The position numbers and the translations under genes are program-made. A stretch of 34,024 nt of DNA, from assembly GCA_043805855.1 (NCBI GenBank), contig JAZDHP010000042.1, positions 1-34,024 on the forward strand, given 5' to 3'. The DNA is from Candidatus Micrarchaeota archaeon (GTDB lineage Archaea; Micrarchaeota; Micrarchaeia; Norongarragalinales; UBA8480). Every line of letters begins with the position of its first letter. The stretch's first letter is position 1. The notes below the pieces were generated by a model. The model was not told where the DNA came from, searched no databases, and was given only the letters and a program-made list of their open reading frames with translations. This document shows, one piece after another, positions 13,441 to 21,529 of this stretch.

Positions 13441-15990
13441 TTAGCGTTTTCTTGCATTGTAGTAGTATGCAATTGCGCCAACTAGCAATATTGTTAGCCC
13501 GAATATTAACAGCCAAGTTGGGTCTGTTAATTCGCCCATTGTGAACAATCCAGTTAATCCGCCGCTTGCGCTTGAAAGGGATTGCTGTACGTTTATTCCA
13601 GCTTGCTGTATTGCGCCTGGAACAGTTGTTACTGGCAGTGAGCCAACTAGTGGTGCAGCGAGTTGTTGTGACTGTGAACCAAGTAGTTCAAGCACTTGAA
13701 TTGTTATTGAATCGCTTACGTTTGTTCCTGCTATTGAAGCGCTTACAAGCGTAGTTCCTTGGCTATATGCAGTTAAAACGCCGATTGTTGAAACAGTTGC
13801 AATTCCTGTGTTTGAAGCGTTCCAAGTTACGTTTGCATTTTGCATTGTGTACTTGTTGCCGTAAACGTCGTACGCGTCTACTGTAAATGTAATTGTGTTT
13901 CCTGGCCTAATTGAAGCAGTTGCTGGGCTTATTTTAATTGAAATTGGAAGTCCAGACGTAATTGTAACTGTGCCAGTTGCGCTTAGCTGTGGGTATAGAT
14001 TAGCAGTTGCGTATACTGTAACGTATCCTGTTTTAGTTCCAGTTAACAGTCTACCGTTTAAAGTAGCTTGGCCGGTTCCGTTTAAAATTGTCCAAGTTGC
14101 ATCTGTAGGCGTAATTTCGTTTGTAAATTTGTCAACTAGAATTGCAGTTAACGCGCCTGTTGAACCTGCTTCAATTGCAGCGCCGTTTTCTCCAACTATT
14201 AAGCCATACACAGCTGCTGGGTTAACGCTAAGTGTTTGCGTACCTTGCACTGCAGTGTTTTGCGCTAAAGTAGCGGTGACAATTGCATCGCCAGCTTCGG
14301 TAATTATAATTGTGCCGTTTTGGTAAACTGTGCCGCTTGTTGAACTCCACGCGTAACGCGGAGCTTCGCCATTGTAACTAGTTAAGTTGTTACCTTGGCC
14401 GTCTTGCAGCGTTGCGGTAAACGTAGCTGATTGCCCGGCTGTTACTGTTGAGGGGCCAGTTACTTTAATTTTGTTAGCTTCTCCAAGTTCAACATTTACA
14501 GTTGCCGAACTAGCGCCTTTTGAATTTCGGTTGAATAAAACTCCAGTAACTTTTACAATTCCGGGCGTAATTCCAACGAAGGTGCCGTTTGCGTCTATTC
14601 TTCCTGTTCCAGTTTTGTTTTCAACAACCCACGAAATTGCAGAGAATTCTTGAATGTAACCGCTGCCATCTTCACCGAACAATGTAAATTGAGTTGGTAA
14701 ATTTGCCTGTACAGTTGCGTTTAACGGTTCTATAAAAACAGCAATTACACTTTCAGTTGGCATTGTAACTATAAAGTTAATCACTTGGCTAAGGCTAGAT
14801 TGAGAGTGATTAATTCGAAGCGAAATTTGTCCTGGTTCGTTTGTTGACCTAACGGCGATTTTGTACGGTGAAGTTGTTTCACAAGGTGCGTTGCCAACTA
14901 AACATGAAATTAACTGTGCTTCGCTTTGGTTGTCAATTTCTAGAAATTCAAAAGTAACTTGACTACGCTGATCTGCTGGTATTGGAACTTCGTTTCCGCC
15001 AAAGTCAAAAGCACGAATTGCAAAAAGGCTATTTTCATTGTAACTTAAGTTCAACTTTGTTGGCATGTCAATTGAAATGCGGTTAAATGCTCCAGGGGCA
15101 ACGCTTACGACAAAACTTTTTTCAACGCTTCCAACTTTTGCTTTTATCGTTGAAGTGCCTTTTTGCAGTCCAGTTATATTTAATTGAGTTGCGTTTGAAG
15201 AAGTAACTTGTATAACTGTAGTGTTGCTGTTAGTCCACTCTGTAGCTGCGGGGGTTATTGCGTCGCCGAATTCGTCAATTGCGTTTAGCAAAATTGTTGA
15301 ATTGTAACCGCTTCCAGTTAAGTAAGATTGTCCAATTGCGCCTAAGTTTGTTGCAAATCCAAAGCTTACAATTGAAGGTACAAAAGCAACGTTTTCTACA
15401 ACGCCGTTTGCTCCAGTTGTTCCATTAGTTGTATTGCACGTACTAGGTACAATTGCGCCTAAACCTGCAGTTGCGTTTAATGCTCCATAAAGACTAACTG
15501 TGCTTCCTGCAACTGGGCGTAGTGAAATTTTTCCAGCGTTTCCGCCATTACCAGCAGAACAACCGCTGCGAATACCATTTCCGCCATTAACACTTACAAC
15601 TGCGTCGAAGCCAATAAGCAACTGGTTCTTTGCGATTAAAGTAATTAAACCGCCGTTTCCGCCGTTTACGTTCCAGCTTCCATCGCTTGAATCGCCGTCA
15701 GCAGTTAGAAATCCGCCGATGCTAAGCTGCTTTGCAATAATTGTAATGTTGCTACCGTGGCCGTATATTCCTGAAGTTGCCTTGGCATGTAGAACTATTC
15801 CGGGGTTAATTGTAAACCTTTTATATTGGAATACAGAGCCATCCAGCGAAGCTGGAATTACTGTTGGTACAGAAATAATACAAGTCGCAGTTGGGCTGCT
15901 TTCAGGACAACCTGGGATAGCCACACCACTAACGGGTAAAATAAACAAGGCTAATGCTATAACTGTTAACAAAGATACAAACTTATTCAT
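13441..15990 (-). CDS. Cell-surface protein: signal peptide, Gly-rich N-terminal domain, tandem Ig-like (Big_2-type) domains, C-terminal TM anchor
   Basis: 849 aa. Repeats 'GGNGG.I.L.A', Ig-like 'I.I.P....I..G....F...D.YGN....VTW..SN..IATV...G.LTA...G.T.V.A', 'GLTGLF' before the TM helix, and a basic tail. Confidence 0.88.
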   Translation of the reverse strand: MNKFVSLLTVIALALFILPVSGVAIPGCPESSPTATCIISVPTVIPASLDGSVFQYKRFTINPGIVLHAKATSGIYGHGSNITIIAKQLSIGGFLTADGDSSDGSWNVNGGNGGLITLIAKNQLLIGFDAVVSVNGGNGIRSGCSAGNGGNAGKISLRPVAGSTVSLYGALNATAGLGAIVPSTCNTTNGTTGANGVVENVAFVPSIVSFGFATNLGAIGQSYLTGSGYNSTILLNAIDEFGDAITPAATEWTNSNTTVIQVTSSNATQLNITGLQKGTSTIKAKVGSVEKSFVVSVAPGAFNRISIDMPTKLNLSYNENSLFAIRAFDFGGNEVPIPADQRSQVTFEFLEIDNQSEAQLISCLVGNAPCETTSPYKIAVRSTNEPGQISLRINHSQSSLSQVINFIVTMPTESVIAVFIEPLNATVQANLPTQFTLFGEDGSGYIQEFSAISWVVENKTGTGRIDANGTFVGITPGIVKVTGVLFNRNSKGASSATVNVELGEANKIKVTGPSTVTAGQSATFTATLQDGQGNNLTSYNGEAPRYAWSSTSGTVYQNGTIIITEAGDAIVTATLAQNTAVQGTQTLSVNPAAVYGLIVGENGAAIEAGSTGALTAILVDKFTNEITPTDATWTILNGTGQATLNGRLLTGTKTGYVTVYATANLYPQLSATGTVTITSGLPISIKISPATASIRPGNTITFTVDAYDVYGNKYTMQNANVTWNASNTGIATVSTIGVLTAYSQGTTLVSASIAGTNVSDSITIQVLELLGSQSQQLAAPLVGSLPVTTVPGAIQQAGINVQQSLSSASGGLTGLFTMGELTDPTWLLIFGLTILLVGAIAYYYNARKR

Positions 15991-16101
15991 AGTGAAAAGA
16001 ATTGTACAACAACCAATATATAAACGTTGTCCCTAGCGGGTAGTTACTTTATTGTGTGGGCCTTTGATTGGGGTTATAAACTCTTTTTTTGTTTATATAT
16101 T

Positions 16102-16656
16102 ATGCCTGAAATTGAAATCGTTGTTCCATCGCATTTACATAATAAAATTAAAGCTATGGCTGAATTGCGACGCGAAACAAACTTTATTTTTCTTTACACA
16201 CCAGAACGTGCGCCTGGCGGTAATATGCGTTGGTTAGTACATTCCCATCATATGCTTGGAATGGGAAACGCTGTAGAAGTTGGCGCTGATTTAAAATATA
16301 GAGAAGCCGGAAATCTGCTTGTTCAAAAATTAAGGCGAAGCGCACCGCGTGCTGGTTATGAGTTTATGAAAGTACACACTCACTGTCGCGGAACTGGTGA
16401 AGAATGGTTCCACCAGTTTTCAAGCGGAGACTTTGACGGAGTTCGAGCTGAATTACCTGAAAATCCAGATTTCACGTTATTGATGTATAGCCCAACGCAT
16501 CACTTGGCAACTGGACATCCGAATAATCACTATAGTATAACCGTTGTACCTTCAACTCCGCAGCATAGAGCCATGTCGCAACGTTTAAGTCGGGTGTATC
16601 GTCGTTTAGCTGAAGAACATGGAATTAGGCTTCTAGCTATGACTGACAAGGAATGA
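16102..16656 (+). CDS. JAB/MPN+ (JAMM-like) metalloprotein
   Basis: N-terminal Glu ('RRETNFIFL') and 'KVHTHC...FSSGD' match E...HxH...SxxD. The ATG at 16102 lies about 25 nt after TTATAAA (16074-16080). The TTG start at 16027 is less likely. Confidence 0.6.
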   Translation: MPEIEIVVPSHLHNKIKAMAELRRETNFIFLYTPERAPGGNMRWLVHSHHMLGMGNAVEVGADLKYREAGNLLVQKLRRSAPRAGYEFMKVHTHCRGTGEEWFHQFSSGDFDGVRAELPENPDFTLLMYSPTHHLATGHPNNHYSITVVPSTPQHRAMSQRLSRVYRRLAEEHGIRLLAMTDKE

Positions 16657-16670
16657 TTGTACTAACTGTT

Positions 16671-17585
16671 TTAGATTTTTATTGAGGTCAGCGGAATACA
16701 TCCGTCTTCAGTGATTATCATGCTGGTTTCGCTTTGGCTAACGATTGCGCCTTTTTTCTTTTCAACTAAGATTGGATATGGCATAATGACGTCTAGCATC
16801 TGTAACTCGCGCAGCGCGGCGTTTACTGAAAACGTGCCTATGTCTGGCATTTCTCGCTGTAGCCAACGCTGTGCAAATGGCAATTCGTTATACTCTTGTA
16901 ATATTAGCTTGCCGATTTTTTTTGTTGAAGGTAAACGACAACGTAACGGAGCGCCAGTATATAGAAAAATTTGCACTTCGTCACCGTCAATTACTTCACC
17001 AGCGCCGTTTGTTGCAAATGGCTCAACTGCAAACACATCGCCTTCTTGCAAAACGTAGTTTCCACTTTCAGTGTTTGGAATATTCTGCCCGGCGTGTAAG
17101 TTAAATTCATCTAACCTGTGGCCAGATAAGTTAGCAATTGGAACTAAACCCCTTTTTGTAATTTCGCCTTGAATTGCCTTGCCAATTTCGCGCACGTTTC
17201 GTCCAGGCTTTGCTAAGCTCAACGCCGCTTCAAGCGCAGCTTCACTAGCTTCAACAAATTTACCATATTCTCCTGAAAAATCAATTGTAAACGCACAGTC
17301 GCAAATACAACCTCCTATGTGTACGCCTGCGTCGATTTTCAAAACGTCCTTTTCTCCAATTACAGTTTCATCTTGGAATGAAGGTGTATAGTGTGCTGCT
17401 TGTTCATTGCGTGACAAGTTTATTGGAAAAGCTATTTCGCCGCCTAGCTCGATAATTTTGTTTTCAATTTCGTTTCCCAAATCTAGCAATTTAACGCCGA
17501 CTTTTGCATTTGCCTTTCCATATTCTAGCACTTTAGTTGCAATTTCGCCGGCTTTTAAGTAGTTTAGTTTTAGATTTTCTTCCAT
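16671..17585 (-). CDS. map: Methionine aminopeptidase type II
   Basis: 'AFPINLSRNEQAAHYTP', 'KIDAGVHIGGCICDCAFT', 'NLSGH', 'AVEPFAT', and the type II helical insertion 'LPFAQRWL'. Confidence 0.96.
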   Translation of the reverse strand: MEENLKLNYLKAGEIATKVLEYGKANAKVGVKLLDLGNEIENKIIELGGEIAFPINLSRNEQAAHYTPSFQDETVIGEKDVLKIDAGVHIGGCICDCAFTIDFSGEYGKFVEASEAALEAALSLAKPGRNVREIGKAIQGEITKRGLVPIANLSGHRLDEFNLHAGQNIPNTESGNYVLQEGDVFAVEPFATNGAGEVIDGDEVQIFLYTGAPLRCRLPSTKKIGKLILQEYNELPFAQRWLQREMPDIGTFSVNAALRELQMLDVIMPYPILVEKKKGAIVSQSETSMIITEDGCIPLTSIKI

Positions 17586-17631
17586 TGTTGTTTAATCAGT
17601 AATAGAAGGAAGCTAAGAAAAATAAACCCTT

Positions 17632-18552
17632 CTATGTTGGTTTATCGCTTGCTTTTTTACTATGCAAAGAAATAGCACTTAACCCGCCTACAACAAACAA
17701 TGTGCCTACTGTTACTACTCGCGCGGCAACAAAAGCCGCGCCTAGTGTCGCGTTGGAAAATCCACTGTTCAGCAAAACATACAAGCTCGCTTCAAGTGAA
17801 CCAAAACCACCGGGAATTGTTGAAATTAAGCCAATAATTATGCTAATTGCAAACGCGCCCATAATTACGGTGTACGGCAGCGTAACGCCAACCGCGTGGA
17901 AAGCAGTTGCAACTGCGAGGAAGTCGCAAGTCCAAGCTAAAAACGTAACAAATAACGCTTTTGCGAGTGTCATTTTCTTAAATTTGTGCAGCGTTAGATC
18001 GCCGAGAAATGCGAGTTGCTTAATGTGTGCAATATACTTTATAAATTTGTCAATGTGGTACGTTAAGAAAATTACAATTGCAACAACTGCTAGGAAAAGT
18101 ATTGCAACTGCGCCGTACTGCGAAGCGATTAACATTGAAAATGCAATTATTGCAATGAAGTCAAACAAATGCTCCCACAAAATTGCGAGCAAACCCAAGC
18201 GTTTTTTTATCCCGTTTTGCTCTAGGTAAATTGCCTTTGATGCTTCGCCAATTCGAGCAGGCGTTAAGTTACTTATAGCAATTCCAGCTGCTTGGATTTT
18301 GAAAAGTTCAACAAAAGAAATTGGCCTAAGTTCAGAAACAATTGTTTGCAAACGTAATGTTTTCAACGAAAGCGAGCCGCACTCTAATAGTACTGCAAGT
18401 ATAAGTAAATGTACGTTTGTCGTTACTGCAGTTATTAGTACTTTTCCAATTTCGGAAAAGTCAACATACCAAGATGCAATTAGTAGTGCAATTACTATAA
18501 TCACAATTGTAATGAGTGCGCCTTTGTACTTGTTTAAAAATTCTTTTAGCAT
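17632..18552 (-). CDS. Flippase-like membrane protein (lysylphosphatidylglycerol synthase TM / UPF0104 family)
   Basis: 'SNLTPARIGEASKA', 'WEHLFD', 'STIPGGFGSLEA', 'AARVVT'; about 8 TM helices. Confidence 0.88.
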   Translation of the reverse strand: MLKEFLNKYKGALITIVIIVIALLIASWYVDFSEIGKVLITAVTTNVHLLILAVLLECGSLSLKTLRLQTIVSELRPISFVELFKIQAAGIAISNLTPARIGEASKAIYLEQNGIKKRLGLLAILWEHLFDFIAIIAFSMLIASQYGAVAILFLAVVAIVIFLTYHIDKFIKYIAHIKQLAFLGDLTLHKFKKMTLAKALFVTFLAWTCDFLAVATAFHAVGVTLPYTVIMGAFAISIIIGLISTIPGGFGSLEASLYVLLNSGFSNATLGAAFVAARVVTVGTLFVVGGLSAISLHSKKASDKPT

Positions 18553-18601
18553 ACGTTAATCATTAAAACGAGTTTCAACCTTTTAATTAAGTGCGTTTAT
18601 T

Positions 18602-19438
18602 GTGAAAGCTACAAATTCAACTGGAACTGCTGACGTTTACGACAAAATTGCCGACGAGTGGAACGAATACAAACAAAAACCACTTTCGGCAGTAAATTTA
18701 CTGTTGCCATTTGCAACTGGAATTCAATGTCTTGACGCCGGCACTGGAAACGGCCGTAATCTTCCGTTACTTCTCGATAAATTTAAAACCGTTTTAGCAA
18801 TTGACAACTCAGAAAAACTTCTTGAAATAGCAAAACAAAAATATGTGGGTAAAGGCGTTAACTTTCAACTTGCAGACGTGTGTGCTTTGCCTTTCGATGA
18901 AGATTCTTTCGACACTGTGCTGTGCGCTGCGGTTTTGCACCACTTGAACGATGATGAAATTGTCGTTGCGTTTAATGAATTGCACCGCGTGCTTAAACCT
19001 GGCGGGTTGCTTCTTGGTTGTGTGTGGAATAAGCATCAAGAAAAATTCAAAAACGTAATTGGAAACGAAGGTAGTATATCTTGGACGATGAAAAACGGCG
19101 AGGTAGCGCAACGTTACATACACTTTTTTGAAAAAGAAGAAATTGAACAGTTAGCCGTAAGTGCAGGGTTTGAAGTTGTTGAAATTTTCTACGAGAAAAA
19201 AGCACAGAAAACACTAGTGCGCAAAGGTGCGAAGAACTTGTGCTTTGTGCTGAGAAAGTCAAAAACTAAAAGGTGTCCGATTTGTAGTGGCGAGCTGAAT
19301 TTAGTAGAAGATATACACTCCGAAATTGATGGTCGTGTTTTTGTTGAGCGGGGTTTACGGTGTTCGAATTGCAGTGAGGAATTTATAAGCGAGAAAGAAG
19401 GGCAGAAAATGATTGAAGTCGCGCGTGAGTTAGTTTAG
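18602..19438 (+). CDS. Class I SAM-dependent methyltransferase (Trm9/ALKBH8-like) with a C-terminal Zn-finger extension
   Basis: 'VYDKIADEW', 'LDAGTGNGRN', 'AVLHHL', 'RVLKPGG', 'RYIHFF', then CPIC...CSNC at 19271-19438. Confidence 0.88.
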   Translation: MKATNSTGTADVYDKIADEWNEYKQKPLSAVNLLLPFATGIQCLDAGTGNGRNLPLLLDKFKTVLAIDNSEKLLEIAKQKYVGKGVNFQLADVCALPFDEDSFDTVLCAAVLHHLNDDEIVVAFNELHRVLKPGGLLLGCVWNKHQEKFKNVIGNEGSISWTMKNGEVAQRYIHFFEKEEIEQLAVSAGFEVVEIFYEKKAQKTLVRKGAKNLCFVLRKSKTKRCPICSGELNLVEDIHSEIDGRVFVERGLRCSNCSEEFISEKEGQKMIEVARELV

Positions 19439-19442
19439 TTGC

Positions 19443-20096
19443 TTACTTCGCGTCGCCGGTTAGCATGCAGTGGTCTGTTTCAAACGGGTCGAGGACAATT
19501 ATTTCGTTTACTCTTGCTTTTGCTGAGATTTTAATTTTTTCCTGGTTGTAAACTATTCTTGGAGATGCAGTTGAATCAATACAGCGAGATTTAATCGCAA
19601 TGAGGAAACTCTTTGCCTTAAACGCAGTCATATTGCGTAGGAGAATGTTAGTTTGTTCTCGGTCTGCAACGTCTTCAAAAATAACGTCGACGTTTTTTAC
19701 TTCTTCGTACAACTCTGGCAAGCGAGCGTCTGCAAGAATAGGATAGAGGTTTTTACGCTGGTCGCACAGTAAAAGTAAATCGCGCATTGCCTGGGGAGAG
19801 AATTCAACACAGTACACTTTTCCCTTTTCGCCTACAATGTCGCTAACGTGGCTGACAGTTGTACCGTTCGCCGCACCGAGGTATAGAACAGTGCTTCCTG
19901 GTTTAATTGCTAATCTTTTCAACCCTTTTACAATTGCTGCGCCTAGCTTACTGCGCGTTGGGTCCCACAAGCGGTATTCGTCTTTGCCTTGCTTTACAAT
20001 TACTTCGCCGTAAACTTTTGTTCCAGGCGCAATGCTCTTTGTAGCGGTTTTTCCGTCAACGCGGTAAACTCCTGGAAATGTTTCTCTTATGTTCAT
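19443..20096 (-). CDS. flpA: Fibrillarin-like rRNA/tRNA 2'-O-methyltransferase
   Basis: 'VYGE', 'EYRLWDPTRSKLGAAI', 'VLYLGAANGTTVSHVSDIV', 'VEFS', 'IKSRCIDST'. Confidence 0.97.
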   Translation of the reverse strand: MNIRETFPGVYRVDGKTATKSIAPGTKVYGEVIVKQGKDEYRLWDPTRSKLGAAIVKGLKRLAIKPGSTVLYLGAANGTTVSHVSDIVGEKGKVYCVEFSPQAMRDLLLLCDQRKNLYPILADARLPELYEEVKNVDVIFEDVADREQTNILLRNMTAFKAKSFLIAIKSRCIDSTASPRIVYNQEKIKISAKARVNEIIVLDPFETDHCMLTGDAK

Positions 20097-20872
20097 TTTA
20101 ATTCACCGATTCTCTTTTCTAAATTTGCCTTTAGCTTGTCGGCAATAAAGTGGCCAGTGTAAAAGTCAGCGCGTGCCGCAAGTGCAAGTTTAGCTGCTAG
20201 TGAACGTGCAATTTTACCGCGGTTGCCTTCCTTTGCGTTTCTCACTAATGGAGATTGAAATAGTATACCGTGCTTTGGCGGGTTAGTTCCCTTTCGTAAG
20301 TGTTTAAACAGCGCTTTTTCTGCGCCTAGAACTTGGATTGTGCTTCCTGGCATCTTTGCCAAGCGCTCTAATCCGCCAGCAATTGTAACTAGTCGCGCTG
20401 CAAGAAGCGGGTCGAGAAAAGCGCATAAGTTTGGAAACGCTTCAACAGCAGCTTTTCCTACGTATTTTTCGATTTTTTTCCTTGATTCAAATAAGTTTAA
20501 AGTACTTGCTGAAATTTCTTTCAATGCATTTGCATCTGCGTCGCTTATCTCCGCGCCGAAACTGTTTGCGGTAATTTCAATTATTTCAGCTGCTTTTACC
20601 TCGCCAGTAATCTCTGCAAGTGTGTTGTACTCGAAGTTTTCTTTTTTGCCAAAAATCGCAACGACTTTGCAAAGGACTTCTTCGTTTTGCACGTCTGCCT
20701 CAGGGAAGTTTAACTTGAACCACTCAACTACTCTTGTAAATAAAACGTTTTTCGCTTTGTCAGTATCGTCAATGCTGCGTACAGCTTGCATTACAAGTAA
20801 ATCGCGGCGGCTAAATGCTTTTTTAACGCCTGCTTTTGCTTTTTTCAAAAACGCTTCTCTTTCTGTAACCAC
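20093..20872 (-). CDS. nop5: C/D box sRNP protein Nop5 (Nop56/58), short form
   Basis: 'EWFKLNFPE', 'PNL', 'LAKMPGSTIQVLGAEKALFKHL', 'PPKHGILFQ', 'RGKIARSLAAK'. GTG start with GAGGTTG upstream; overlaps the flpA start. Confidence 0.96.
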   Translation of the reverse strand: MVTEREAFLKKAKAGVKKAFSRRDLLVMQAVRSIDDTDKAKNVLFTRVVEWFKLNFPEADVQNEEVLCKVVAIFGKKENFEYNTLAEITGEVKAAEIIEITANSFGAEISDADANALKEISASTLNLFESRKKIEKYVGKAAVEAFPNLCAFLDPLLAARLVTIAGGLERLAKMPGSTIQVLGAEKALFKHLRKGTNPPKHGILFQSPLVRNAKEGNRGKIARSLAAKLALAARADFYTGHFIADKLKANLEKRIGELK

Positions 20873-20977
20873 TTTTTAACAACCTCTAGAACAAGTATAT
20901 CTCTATTGTATTAGTAGTGCCTTTGATACTTTTTAAAATGGCGGTATTTGCTTATGTACGCTTGTTTTTTCTCTTTT

Positions 20978-21508
20978 TTACTTTGTGATTGTTAAAAATC
21001 TAGCAACTAGTTTGTTATCATCGAATACCGTATTCTGCACAACGTGTTTGTCCAATAGTGGTGTTAGTATTAGTACAAATGCGGTTACTGAAACTAAGTG
21101 CATTAACGTAAAGGGAATTTGGCCGAGGAAAGCTTCGTAGTAGTTCATGCCGAACATTGCAGGCCCCGCAATTACTCCTGTGATGAAATCGTAAATTAGC
21201 ACGCCGAGTACCCCACTTCCAACGTAGGTTTTCAACGTTACCTTTTTCTGGTTTTTGTAGTAAAAGTGAAAGAAAACTCCAAGTCCAGCGTAAGTTAGCG
21301 CGGTTACAGCAGTCCATATGCCGAGGAATCCGGTTATGATGTCAAATGAAACCATTGTCAGTAATGCGAATAACGCGCTTGCCCACCATTTATCTTGCTT
21401 TGCGAACGGCAACATCGAACCCATAATTGGGTCAAAGTTTGGAATAAAACGCAATAACCTAAGTAGATTACAGACAACTAACATAATGGCGTATTTGATA
21501 ATGTTCAT
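20978..21508 (-). CDS. ECF-transporter S-component-like membrane protein (CbrT-like; candidate cobalamin binder)
   Basis: 176 aa, 5-6 TM helices. 'LRLLRFIPNFDPI', 'YDFIT' and 'IPFTLMHLVS' resemble the CbrT-type 'R...PN..P', 'D..T' and 'PF...H' motifs. It begins 21 nt after nrdJ. Confidence 0.65.
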   Translation of the reverse strand: MNIIKYAIMLVVCNLLRLLRFIPNFDPIMGSMLPFAKQDKWWASALFALLTMVSFDIITGFLGIWTAVTALTYAGLGVFFHFYYKNQKKVTLKTYVGSGVLGVLIYDFITGVIAGPAMFGMNYYEAFLGQIPFTLMHLVSVTAFVLILTPLLDKHVVQNTVFDDNKLVARFLTITK

Positions 21509-21529
21509 TTAATTTTTATTCCTCTTTTT

